From the NCBI GenBank assembly GCA_050125095.1, contig JASFEA010000047.1, positions 1-20,198 of the forward strand: a stretch of 20,198 nucleotides of DNA, given 5' to 3'. How positions within the stretch are numbered: the stretch's first letter is position 1; the number at the start of each line of letters is the position of its first letter. This document shows positions 7,823-17,181 of the stretch, one piece after another. The position numbers were made by a program, and so were the translations under genes. This stretch comes from a bacterium (GTDB lineage: Bacteria > Arandabacterota > Arandabacteria > Arandabacterales > JALGWA01). The notes below the pieces were generated by a model. It was not told where the DNA came from and searched no databases. It was given only the letters and a program-made list of their open reading frames with translations.

Positions 7823-9817
7823 CTATTTCTTAAAAGCAGCCCTCACCTGGGCGAGAAGCTGCTGGTCCGTGAAGTGCTCCATCCTGATAACGCGCTTATA
7901 GCATGTGGCGCCGCATGTGCCGCAGCCCTTGCAGGCCACTTCAATCGTATGGGCCTTCTTGCCGTCCTCGGTGTCTATAAGCTCGATGGCGCCGTAAGGA
8001 CACACGGCGACGCAAAGGCCGCAGCCCACGCAACTCTCGACGTCTGCTATCACGGACACTATGGGCTCGACTTTGACCTCGCCCTTCGCGAGGAACGTGG
8101 AAGCCCGCGAAGCCGCTCCTATTGACTGCTCCAGGCACTCATGTACGGTCGCGGGCCACCTGGCTGTACCGCAGACGAAGATGCCGTCAGTCGAGAAGTC
8201 CAGCGGCTTGAGTTTCACATGCCCCTCCAGGAAGAAGCCGTACTCGTCAAGCGGCACCTTTAGTATGCGCGAGATCTCCGGATTGCTGGCGGCGGGCATG
8301 AGCGGCGTCGAGAGAACCACGTAATCCGCCGGGAGTTCCAGGTCCCTGCCGAGCACGCCGGCCCTGACCTTCACCGATTTCTTCTCAACGACCGGAGGCT
8401 CCTCCGCCTCGAAGTTGATGAACTTGACTCCCGCTTCCTTGGCGTTGCGCATGAGCCTCTCGTCCGGCCCGTAGCACATGAGGTCGCGATATAGAATCGT
8501 GACATCGGCCTTGTGCTTGCTGGCGGCGATAAGCGCGTTCTTGGCCGCCGTCATGCAGCAGATCCGGGAACAATAGAGCCTCCCGCGCTCGCGCGAGCCG
8601 GCACACTGTATCATTACAACGCTCTTGCCGGTAAGCTTGCCTTTGGAAAGCATACTTTCCATCTGCATCTGGGTGATCACGCGCCTGGAGTCGAAACCGT
8701 AGATACCCTCCGGGACCAGCGGCTCGGCTCCCGTGGCCACTATGAGCATGCCCGCGGTCACGGGCTTCTTGAGCGAAGACAGCGTGACTCTGTACTTGCC
8801 GATGAAGCCCTTCACGTCGGTCACCCGGGAGGACTTGTATACCTTGATCTTCCTGTGCTTCTCGACACGCTTCGCAAGGTCCCTGGCATAGTCGGCGCCC
8901 TTCTTGCCCCAGGGGTGAATGGTGCCCAGATACCTTACGAGGCCGCCCAGCTCTTTCTCTTTCTCGACAAGGATGACGTCGAAGCCCCGGGTCGCGAGCT
9001 CGAGGCTCGCGGTCATGCCCGACACGCCGCCTCCAATGACAAGCGCCACCCTCTCCACCTCTCCAGTGATGGGCTCATGGGGCTCGAGATATGCCGCCCG
9101 CGCTACGCCCATTCTGATAAGGTCCTTTGCCTTCTCGGTGGCGTCTTCTCTTATCTCCTTGTGCACCCAGGAGCAGTGCTCCCGTATGTTCACGAACTCG
9201 AAATGATAGGCGTTAAGGCCCCCCTGCTCGCAAACCGCCCTGAATGTCGGCTCATGCGTTATGGGCGTGCAGGCGGCCACGATGACTCGGTTGAGGTTGT
9301 TCTCGATTATGGCGTTTCTTATGTCGTTGGCGCCGGCCTCCGAACATGAGAAGAGATTCTCGCGCACGAAAGTGACGTTGGGAAGAGTCCTGGCGTACTC
9401 GGCCACATCGGAGCAGTCCAGGAACCCTGCTATATTGGTGCCGCAGTTACAGACGAAGACCCCGATCCTGAGATCCTCTTTCTTCTCGTCTTTCATTTGC
9501 CTCGCCCCGCTCCCGGCCGCCCGCTTCACCCCTTCCGCCTTCCCGGCCTGCGCGGCCCCCCTGGTCCGGGCCGTATCCCCGGCCGCCGCCTCCGGCGCCA
9601 TTTCCGCCTCGACGAAGCCGAACTCGGCCTGGACCAGGTCTTCATCCCTGGCCTTCGCCAGCTCGCTGCCCGGCTTGGGCGGTTTACGCCCGGCCTTCTT
9701 AGCCCGTTTCTTCGCGGGTTTCTTGCCGGCTTTTTTCATCTTCGCGGGCACACTTGCCTTCCCGGCTCTCCCGGCCTTCTCAGTCTTCTTCGCCTTCCTG
9801 GTTTTCTTCCTGGTCAT
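7823..9817 (-). CDS. hdrA: heterodisulfide reductase subunit A-like protein with long Lys/Arg/Ala-rich N-terminal extension
   Basis: RIGVFVCNCGTNI, FSCS, VAACTP, FVNIREHCSWVH, LVIGGGVSG, IQCAGSR, YCSRICC; C-terminal CVGCGLCVAVCP and CKGCGTCGATC; ATGA overlap with upstream hdrA. Confidence 0.93.
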   Translation of the reverse strand: MTRKKTRKAKKTEKAGRAGKASVPAKMKKAGKKPAKKRAKKAGRKPPKPGSELAKARDEDLVQAEFGFVEAEMAPEAAAGDTARTRGAAQAGKAEGVKRAAGSGARQMKDEKKEDLRIGVFVCNCGTNIAGFLDCSDVAEYARTLPNVTFVRENLFSCSEAGANDIRNAIIENNLNRVIVAACTPITHEPTFRAVCEQGGLNAYHFEFVNIREHCSWVHKEIREDATEKAKDLIRMGVARAAYLEPHEPITGEVERVALVIGGGVSGMTASLELATRGFDVILVEKEKELGGLVRYLGTIHPWGKKGADYARDLAKRVEKHRKIKVYKSSRVTDVKGFIGKYRVTLSSLKKPVTAGMLIVATGAEPLVPEGIYGFDSRRVITQMQMESMLSKGKLTGKSVVMIQCAGSRERGRLYCSRICCMTAAKNALIAASKHKADVTILYRDLMCYGPDERLMRNAKEAGVKFINFEAEEPPVVEKKSVKVRAGVLGRDLELPADYVVLSTPLMPAASNPEISRILKVPLDEYGFFLEGHVKLKPLDFSTDGIFVCGTARWPATVHECLEQSIGAASRASTFLAKGEVKVEPIVSVIADVESCVGCGLCVAVCPYGAIELIDTEDGKKAHTIEVACKGCGTCGATCYKRVIRMEHFTDQQLLAQVRAAFKK

Positions 9818-11109
9818 ACCGGTACTGCCTTCTTGACATGGGCCGCAGCCCGCTGGGCTGCCGCGCTCGCCTGGCTCACGGCCTCCGGAATATCACAGGG
9901 CCGCTTACAGAAACCGCAGGCGAAAACGCCCTTCACTGTGGTATCCGCCGGCGCCCCGGGCAGCGTTTCCACGAAACCGTATCTGTCCGTCTTGACACCG
10001 AGGATCTTGGCCAGACCCTTGGCGCTCTTCGCGGGCATGGCCGCCGTAGCCAGCACGACCATTTCAATCTTCATCGACTTCACCTTCTGTTCGCGCGTGT
10101 CCTCGTACCACACCACCAGGTCCTTGTTATCGTCTTCCGCTATCTCCGCTATTCTGCCGCGAATGAAATTGACGCCATACTCCTCGGCGGCGCGCCGCTC
10201 GTACTTCTGGAACCACTTGCCTACGTTGCGGAGGTCGGTGTGGAAGATATAGGAGTCGCTTTCGGGATCGTGTTCGCGTGCGAGCATGGCATCCTTGATG
10301 GAGTACATGCAGCATACGCTCGAGCAGTAGTCGCAGTAGTTGAGGTCGCGCGAGCCGACGCACTGAACGTACGCGACCTTCTTGGCCAGCTTGCCGTCGG
10401 ACGGCCGGTAGAGGTGGCCGCCCGTGGGGCCCGTCGCGTTGATAAGGCGCTCGTACTGGATGCCCGTAATTACGTTCTTAAGCTTGCCGAAGCCGTAATG
10501 CGTGAGGGGCGTGGGGTCAAATAGGTCCACCCCGGTCGCCATTATCACTGCGTCAACATCCAGCGTCACCTTCTTGTCCTTCTGCTCGAAATCGATGGCG
10601 CCCTTGTCGCACCGTTTTTCGCATACGCGGCACTTGCCCTTGGTGAGATAAATGCAGGCGTCCGGGTCTATGGTCATCACCGCGGGGATGCCCTGCGAGA
10701 AATAGAGGTAAACGGCAGTGCGCTTCCTCAGGCCCGTATCGAAGACGTCGGGAGCCCTTCCCGGGCACTTGGCCACGCAAAGCCCGCAGGCGTTACAGAC
10801 GTCCTCCTTGACGTAGCGGGCCTTCCTGTTCACTGTGAGGGCGAACTTCCTGCCCTTCTTTTTCATGCGCACGACATCCGTGTACGCCAGAATCTCAACC
10901 TCTGGATGCCGACCGGCCTCCAGCATCTTGGGCGCCAGGATTCATATGGAGCAATCGTTGGTCGGGAAAGTCTTGTCGAGCTGCGACATCACGCCGCCGA
11001 TGCTGGGTTTCGTCTCGATGAGATAGACGCGGACGCCCATCTCCCCGAGATCCAGCGCAGCATGAATGCCCGCTATCCCGCCGCCGATCACAGCTACCTT
11101 AGGTTGCAC
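9814..11109 (-). CDS. hdrA: selenocysteine-containing HdrA (431 aa, Sec at codon 56)
   Basis: GTG 11109 with GGAGG SD reads MQPKVAVIGGGIAGIHAALDLGEMG...GGVMSQLDKTFPTNDCSI-TGA(10944-10942)-ILAPKMLEAGRHP, in frame with the 370-aa ORF; inserted ferredoxin; QCVGSRD; YCSSVCCMYSIK. Confidence 0.95.
10905..10927 (-). promoter_or_regulatory. bacterial SECIS-like hairpin in hdrA
   Basis: GATGCTG-GAGGCCGGT-CGGCATC stem-loop (one G-U pair) starting 14 nt after the TGA; possible lower pairing of CTGG with CCAG. Confidence 0.65.
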
Positions 11110-12241
11110 GTTTCTTTCCTCCGAGTGACTCGGCCAGAAGCGTGAGTAGGTCCTTTATTTCCATTTTGCCCTTATTATCCTCGTCGCGCGCCGCGCATCT
11201 CAGGTGGATATTGCACTTGGGACATGACGTTATGAGCGTCGCCGCCCCCGTGTCCACGGCTTCGTTGAGCCGCTCCACCTGTATCTGCTTGTTTACGCGC
11301 GTGCAGCTCACCCAGTTGGACGATCCGCAGCACATGGCGTCCTTGCCGATGCGGCCCATCTCGACCAGTGCCAGGTCGGGAACCGCCGCGAGCAACTCGC
11401 GCGGCGCTTCGAAAACGTCATCGAACTTCACCAGCCTGCACGGGTCATGATAGGTGACCTTGCCGGGGAACGGTTTGAGCTTGAGTTTATTCAGGTTGTC
11501 GGCCAGCACCGTGAGAATATGCACGCACTCGAATGGCACCTTTATCCCCAGTTCAGGATATATATGTTTGAACATGTGATAGCCTTCGGGGCAGGAGAAG
11601 ACCACTCGCTTCGCGCCTGTCTTCCTTATGGCAGCCAGGTTCCTCCTGGCGAAATACCGGACGGAATCCCGGTCCCCCGTCCAGTATGGATCGTGGCCGC
11701 AGCATACTTCCTCCTCACTCACCGCGGGCACGATGCCGACGGCGTTCAGGAGCCTGACCGCCGCGTTCCCCGACTCCCCGCCTTCATAGCCGATTTCGCG
11801 GAACACCACATTGAGATAGGGCAGACATCCCGAGAAATAGTACGTGGACCCCTTAGGCTTTATCCTGACGCCTTTGCCGAGCCACTCACGGGGTTTTCTG
11901 AAGTCTTCGCGCATCTGCAGCGCCCCGAGCGCGGTTATGGTGTCGGCATGCGTGCATGTACCCTGCTCGCCGATCGCCCTCGCCTTCTCGCGGAGCGCCG
12001 CCATGAAGCCGGTGTAATCCACCGTGGAGGGGCACCTCAAGTTGCATGTCCCGCATGTGAGGCAGGTCCAGAGCTCCTCGGCGCATAGCGTCTCGCCCTC
12101 TTCGAAGAGAAGCGCGTTCTCGACCATCACCCTGGGCGAATAAGTAGGGCTGTAGCGGGACACCGGGCAGGTTCCCGTGCATATGCCGCACTCCAGGCAA
12201 TAATAGGCCTTTGTCTTCGCTATGACCGCCTTAAGCGACAC
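11099..12241 (-). CDS. hdrD: HdrD/BamD-like Fe-S oxidoreductase (2x[4Fe-4S] plus two CCG domains)
   Basis: CLECGICTGTCP, CLTCGTCNLRCP; YFSGC..EVCCGHD..FSCPEG; YHDPCRL..MCCGS..TSCPKC; GTG 12241 preceded by GGAGGAGG. Confidence 0.88.
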   Translation of the reverse strand: MSLKAVIAKTKAYYCLECGICTGTCPVSRYSPTYSPRVMVENALLFEEGETLCAEELWTCLTCGTCNLRCPSTVDYTGFMAALREKARAIGEQGTCTHADTITALGALQMREDFRKPREWLGKGVRIKPKGSTYYFSGCLPYLNVVFREIGYEGGESGNAAVRLLNAVGIVPAVSEEEVCCGHDPYWTGDRDSVRYFARRNLAAIRKTGAKRVVFSCPEGYHMFKHIYPELGIKVPFECVHILTVLADNLNKLKLKPFPGKVTYHDPCRLVKFDDVFEAPRELLAAVPDLALVEMGRIGKDAMCCGSSNWVSCTRVNKQIQVERLNEAVDTGAATLITSCPKCNIHLRCAARDEDNKGKMEIKDLLTLLAESLGGKKRAT

Positions 12242-12755
12242 GCTTCCTCCTCCCCGACCCGGCACGCCCGGCCTTTGCTTTCTTAAGTTCTTTCAAGTAG
12301 TCACCGAGAACCTCTTCGAAGTTCTTGCCTTGGCTTCCCGACATGAGGGCGAAGCCCAGCCGCTCCGGGGCAATGCCGCTCCACCCCAGTATCTCTCTCG
12401 TATCCTTGATTATCTCTCTGCAACGCTCGCTTCCGTTGTAATAATGGCAGTCGCCTTCGTTGCACCCCATTATGAGAACGCCCTCAAGCCCCTTCGCGAA
12501 GAGCTTGAGTATGGACGCCACGGTTATGCCGCCCGTGCATCTCACGGGCAGCACCACCACTCCGGCCGGCAGCGTGAAGCCATCGGCCACCGCATTTTCC
12601 ATGGACTCAACCGGGTGCCACTTGCAGGCCAGCGCCACCACGTCGGTCTTGCCCGATCGGCCCCGGGCCATGCGCGCCCTCTTACGCGAACCCGCGGTAC
12701 CCGCCGCCCCGGCCTTTCTGCGCGACGCGCCTTTCTTCCTAGACGATGGCTTCAA
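12231..12755 (-). CDS. mvhD: second MvhD-like [2Fe-2S] protein (divergent, basic termini)
   Basis: ALACKWH, PVRCTGG, MGCNEGDCHYYNG, GIAPERL; start uncertain (TTG 12755 or ATG 12671). Confidence 0.85.
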   Translation of the reverse strand: MKPSSRKKGASRRKAGAAGTAGSRKRARMARGRSGKTDVVALACKWHPVESMENAVADGFTLPAGVVVLPVRCTGGITVASILKLFAKGLEGVLIMGCNEGDCHYYNGSERCREIIKDTREILGWSGIAPERLGFALMSGSQGKNFEEVLGDYLKELKKAKAGRAGSGRRKRVA

Positions 12756-14415
12756 TGATCGATCCTATCTGGCGGCTGCTGATGTAGCCCAGCGAGAAAG
12801 CGCCCGACGGGCACACCGAGACGCAGACGCCGCATCCGGTACACTGTATTGGCAGGTGCACTGCCTGTTTAAGGCCGTCTTCAGCCTCAACCAGTTCTAT
12901 CGCGCCGTGCATGCACGCATCGGCGCATCTCCCGCATCCCCTGCAGAGGCTCTCTTCAAGCCGGCTGACGAAGGCCAGCTTGGAGACCGTGCCCTGGCTG
13001 ATGAGGTCGAATGCGCGGGAAGCGGCGCTGTAACCCTGCACCACCGAGTCGGTGATGGTCGCCGGCCAGTGGGCCGCGCCGGCGACATATATACCTCTCG
13101 GCACGAACTCCCCGGGCCTCAGTTTGGGCTCCGGCTCTATGATGAAACCGTACGTGTCGGTCGGAAGCCGGAGCACCCTGGCGACCTCACGGGTGGATTC
13201 GGAGGGCACGAAAGGCACCGCCAGCACAACGCGGTCGGCGGATATGACCTCCTCCCGGTCGGAGATCTCGTCATAGACCTCTACGCTCTCTCCCCCGACG
13301 ACCGGAGGCCTCTCGGTGGAGTATCTTATGATCTCAACGCCCATCTCTCTGGCACGATCCAGGTCGCCCGCGTACTCCGCGAATCCCCTGGATAGGATGG
13401 TCACATTGATTTCGGGGAATTTCTGTTTCATGAGCACCGTGTTCTTGATGGAAGCCGTACAGCATATGCGCGAACAATAGGGCCTCTCCGGGATGCGGGA
13501 GCCCGCGCATTGTATCATCACCACATTCTCTCCCGGCCGCTCACCCGATTTCATTATTGTCTCAAGCTGCATCTGCGTTATGACATGCTCGAAATCACCG
13601 TAGCCGAAAAGGCCGTGGGGCTCATGAAGCGCCCCGCCCGTGGCCACGATTATGGTTCCGGCCTCCACCGTCTTCCCGCTGGAGAGCTTGACCTCGTAGT
13701 CGCCCACATGCCCGGACATGGACACGGGCTCAGCGCCCTTTATGATCTCCACCTGGCCGCCGCCAAGCTCATCCAGCCTGGCCCTGATGAAATCAGACGG
13801 CGGCACATAGGCCGGGAAAACCGCATTGAGATGCCTGATGAGCCCCCCGAGGTCCTTCTCCTTTTCCACGAGCGTGACCTTCACCCCTCTCCTCGCGAGC
13901 GCGGCCGCCGCCGCTATGCCCGCGACGCCTCCGCCTATGACGAGACTCGAGGGCCTGATCGCGGCCTTAAGTGTTTCAATCGGGCTGGCTATGGCCAGGC
14001 TGGCCGCGGATGCGCTGATGAGCTTGAGCAGTCTCTCCGCGCGCGACCTGCCCGTGCGGGCGCCTTCGGCCTGGTCGAAGTCGATGATGGCCACCAGGGA
14101 CGGGTCCACGCCGCGCGGCTCAAGCGCCTCTCTTATCAGCCTTCCAAACAGGCGATCGCTCGCGCCGGCTACCAGCACGCGCTTTACGCCGCGCCTGGAG
14201 AGGATATCCCCCAGCTTCTCAAGTGACTTCTTATTGAGACCGCGATAGGGGCCGGCCACGAACTCAACACGCGGGTCGGCCTTGAGGGCCCTGGCCATCC
14301 GGTCCAGATCCGCCGGCGCCATTGCGCCGCTATCGATCAGCGCGACGGCTACACTCTCCGGCTCCCGCCCCGGGGCGCCCGGCCCACCGCCTGTCTTTGA
14401 ATCCTCTCTAACCAT
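12739..14415 (-). CDS. hdrA: HdrA-like flavoprotein with Cys-free (degenerate) N-terminal domain
   Basis: LVIGGGVAG, VEKEKDLGG, IIVATG, VITQMQLE, IQCAGSR, YCSRICC; C-terminal CRGCGRCADAC and CTGCGVCVSVCP. Confidence 0.9.
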   Translation of the reverse strand: MVREDSKTGGGPGAPGREPESVAVALIDSGAMAPADLDRMARALKADPRVEFVAGPYRGLNKKSLEKLGDILSRRGVKRVLVAGASDRLFGRLIREALEPRGVDPSLVAIIDFDQAEGARTGRSRAERLLKLISASAASLAIASPIETLKAAIRPSSLVIGGGVAGIAAAAALARRGVKVTLVEKEKDLGGLIRHLNAVFPAYVPPSDFIRARLDELGGGQVEIIKGAEPVSMSGHVGDYEVKLSSGKTVEAGTIIVATGGALHEPHGLFGYGDFEHVITQMQLETIMKSGERPGENVVMIQCAGSRIPERPYCSRICCTASIKNTVLMKQKFPEINVTILSRGFAEYAGDLDRAREMGVEIIRYSTERPPVVGGESVEVYDEISDREEVISADRVVLAVPFVPSESTREVARVLRLPTDTYGFIIEPEPKLRPGEFVPRGIYVAGAAHWPATITDSVVQGYSAASRAFDLISQGTVSKLAFVSRLEESLCRGCGRCADACMHGAIELVEAEDGLKQAVHLPIQCTGCGVCVSVCPSGAFSLGYISSRQIGSIIEAIV

Positions 14416-14463
14416 GTTCCTCTCAGGTTTCTCCCGAGCGCCCCTGTCCCGGGCGCTACTTCT

Positions 14464-15216
14464 CTAGGTACCGGTGTAATGGCTCTCGCACACCTTGCAT
14501 CTGAATACGCTCTCGACTCCACCGGCGGTATGCATGCTCCTTCTCCTGAACACCTTCTCCAGCGTAAACGTCCTGGCCGGGCAAATGGCCGCGCAAGTGC
14601 CGCAACCGATACATACGCCCGACTCGACGCTGAAAGGCGGCACGACCTCGCTTTCGGGACCGCGATTGGCGATGCCTATGGCGCCGACCCCGACTATCTC
14701 CAGGCAGGCCCTGACGCACATACCGCACAGGAAGCAGTCTTCATCATCCTTGGGGAAGGGGTTCTTCCTGACGCCGAGATCCCTGGCCAGCTTCTTGATG
14801 ATGGGTATATTCGGACAGCGGGCCTCCAGGAGAATCACGACCATGCGCCTTATCCGCTTGAGACGGGGCGTGTCGGTGGCGACCCTCATGCCGTCGGCCA
14901 CTGGAGTCACGCATGACGCCATTGTCCTGGTCCTACCGCCCGCCGTGACCTCCACAACGCAGAGCCGGCATGACCCGGTAGGAATCAGGGCCTCGTGATG
15001 GCAGAGCGTCGGGATCTCGATTCCCGCCTCCCTGGCCGCCTCAAGCACGGTGTCCCCCTTAAGGGCCTTCACCTTTTTCCTGTTGATAGTCAGTCTCACC
15101 ATCTCGGGTTTCTTCACGATTTTCCTATCCGGCCCCGATTTCGGCTCATTAACCGGCCGGTTCTCCGTTTTTTCCCCGTGCATCTTCGCCGGCTTATCTT
15201 CAGGCTTCATTCCCAT
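14464..15216 (-). CDS. NuoG/HydA N-terminal-like Fe-S subunit ([2Fe-2S] plus 2x[4Fe-4S]) without a catalytic domain (BamI-like)
   Basis: IPTLCHH..GSCRLCVVEV..ASC; CFLCGMCVRAC; CIGCGTCAAICP; ends at 250 aa; exact start uncertain. Confidence 0.88.
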   Translation of the reverse strand: MGMKPEDKPAKMHGEKTENRPVNEPKSGPDRKIVKKPEMVRLTINRKKVKALKGDTVLEAAREAGIEIPTLCHHEALIPTGSCRLCVVEVTAGGRTRTMASCVTPVADGMRVATDTPRLKRIRRMVVILLEARCPNIPIIKKLARDLGVRKNPFPKDDEDCFLCGMCVRACLEIVGVGAIGIANRGPESEVVPPFSVESGVCIGCGTCAAICPARTFTLEKVFRRRSMHTAGGVESVFRCKVCESHYTGT

Positions 15217-15246
15217 CTCCGGCCGGTTCCGGCCCTCTCCCCGTTC

Positions 15247-17181
15247 CTACTCGATGTAAATGGCGTCGCCGGCTATGGCGTCGAACTTGCACACCTCATA
15301 GCAGGCGCCGCACTTAATGCACTTGGTCTGGTCCAGGTTATGGGGCTGCGAACGGGGCCCCGATATGGCCCCCACCGGACATGCGCGAACGCATCTCTGG
15401 CAACCCGTGCATTTGTCGGGCACCACCCTGTAGACAATGAGCGCCTTGCACACGCGCGCCGGGCAGCGCTTGTCGTATATGTGGGCCCTGTATTCGTCTT
15501 CGAAGTACCTGATGGTCGTGAGCACCGGGTTGGGCGCCGTCGCGCCGAGACCGCACAGGGAAGCCTCCTTTATGGCCATGCCGAGTTCCTTTAATAGGTC
15601 GATATCGCCCGGCTCCCCATCGCCCTCGGTTATGCGCGTGAGAATCTCCCTCATCCTGCGCACCCCCTCCCTGCATGGCGTGCACTTGCCGCATGACTCC
15701 TCCTCCAGGAAGGCCACGAAGTAGCGCGCGACGTCGACCATGCAGGTGTCCTCGTCCATTACGATGAGGCCGCCCGAGCCCATGATGGACCCCGCCCGCG
15801 CGAGTTCCTCATAGTCGACGGGAATGTCTATCATAGACGCCGGTATGCAGCCGCCCGACGGTCCCCCGGTCTGCACGGCCTTGAGCTCCTTGCCGCGCGG
15901 GACGCCGCCGCCGATGTCATATATGATCTTTCTCAGGGTTATGCCCATGGGCACCTCTATGAGGCCCGCATTCACGATCTTGCCCACCAGCGCGAACACC
16001 TTGGTGCCCTTGCTGTGGGCGGTCCCCAGCGAGGCGTACCACCCGGAGCCGCGCAGTATTATGGGGGCCACATTCGCCCAGGTCTCAACGTTGTTTATAT
16101 TGGTTGGCTTCCCCCAGAGCCCGCACTCGGCGGGGAACGGCGGACGCGGACGCGGCCTTCCCTCCTTGCCCTCAATGGAAGCCATGAGCGCCGTTTCCTC
16201 GCCGCAAACGAATGCGCCGGCGCCCCGGACCACGTTGATGTCGAAGGAGAAGCCCGTCCCGAGTACGTCCTCGCCCAGGAAGCCGTACTCGCGGGCGGTT
16301 TCGATGGCCCTCAGGATGCGCTCGCAGGCGAGCGGGTACTCCTCCCTCACATATACGTAGCCCTCATCGGCACCGATGCCTCTGGCGCCTATGACCATGC
16401 CCTCGATTACCGAGTGGGGATCCGATTCGAGCAGGCTTCTGTCCATGAACGCGCCGGGGTCGCCTTCGTCCGCGTTACAGACAACGTACTTGCCGTCCGG
16501 ACTCGGCGAATTGCGGCAGATCTCCCATTTGAGGCCGGTCGGGAAACCTCCGCCACCCCGCCCGCGCAGTCCGGACGCCTTCACCTCGCTTATGATCTTC
16601 TCGGGCGTAAGCTCGGTCAGCGCCCTGGCGAGAGCGGCATAGCCGTCATTGGCGATATAGGCCTCTATGCTGTCGGGGTCTATGCGCCCCCGGTTCCGCA
16701 TGGCCACCAGCACCTGTTCTCTGAAGAAGCCCACGTCCGCGACCGGCGGCATGGACTCGAGGGCCGGACCCTCCAGGGCCTGGAGCCGCTTCACCACCTT
16801 GCTTCCTGCAAGATGGGACTCGGTTATCTCAACTGCGTCCGCGGGAGTGACCCTTGTATATACGACGCCATCAGGCTCCACTCTCACGACCGGGCCACGG
16901 CCGCAGAGAGCCGAGCAGGAGCCGTTCACGACACGTACCCCGCTCTTGAGTTTACGCGCGCGCAGGGCCTCCTCAAGCGCCGCCTTGACATCCCGCGCCC
17001 CGTTCTGCACGCAGCAGGTCCCGAAACAGACGCTCACCGTCCTGCGGGCAGGGGCTTTCCCGGCGCGGGCCCCGGCCTTCCTGTGCCTGCCCCTGCGTAC
17101 TTTCTTTGCAGGCGCCTTCTTAACGCGGGCCCCCTTCGTAGCCTTCCGGACCACCCTTTTTCTCCGGGTCTTATCAGTCAT
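15247..17181 (-). CDS. nuoF: NuoF/HydB/HndC-type FMN/NADH-binding subunit with N-terminal [2Fe-2S] thioredoxin-like domain and C-terminal 2x[4Fe-4S]
   Basis: GLRGRGGGGFPTG, CNADEGDPGAFMDR, GAGAFVCGEETAL, GGPSGG, ESCGKCTPCREG, SLCGLG, CTGCQRC, CIKCGAC. Confidence 0.95.
   Translation of the reverse strand: MTDKTRRKRVVRKATKGARVKKAPAKKVRRGRHRKAGARAGKAPARRTVSVCFGTCCVQNGARDVKAALEEALRARKLKSGVRVVNGSCSALCGRGPVVRVEPDGVVYTRVTPADAVEITESHLAGSKVVKRLQALEGPALESMPPVADVGFFREQVLVAMRNRGRIDPDSIEAYIANDGYAALARALTELTPEKIISEVKASGLRGRGGGGFPTGLKWEICRNSPSPDGKYVVCNADEGDPGAFMDRSLLESDPHSVIEGMVIGARGIGADEGYVYVREEYPLACERILRAIETAREYGFLGEDVLGTGFSFDINVVRGAGAFVCGEETALMASIEGKEGRPRPRPPFPAECGLWGKPTNINNVETWANVAPIILRGSGWYASLGTAHSKGTKVFALVGKIVNAGLIEVPMGITLRKIIYDIGGGVPRGKELKAVQTGGPSGGCIPASMIDIPVDYEELARAGSIMGSGGLIVMDEDTCMVDVARYFVAFLEEESCGKCTPCREGVRRMREILTRITEGDGEPGDIDLLKELGMAIKEASLCGLGATAPNPVLTTIRYFEDEYRAHIYDKRCPARVCKALIVYRVVPDKCTGCQRCVRACPVGAISGPRSQPHNLDQTKCIKCGACYEVCKFDAIAGDAIYIE

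Noticed and set aside
7708-10944. Pseudogene interpretation of hdrA and mvhD because of internal TGA codons
   Set aside because: Both TGAs fall on conserved Cys/Sec positions, have downstream hairpins and intact flanking frames
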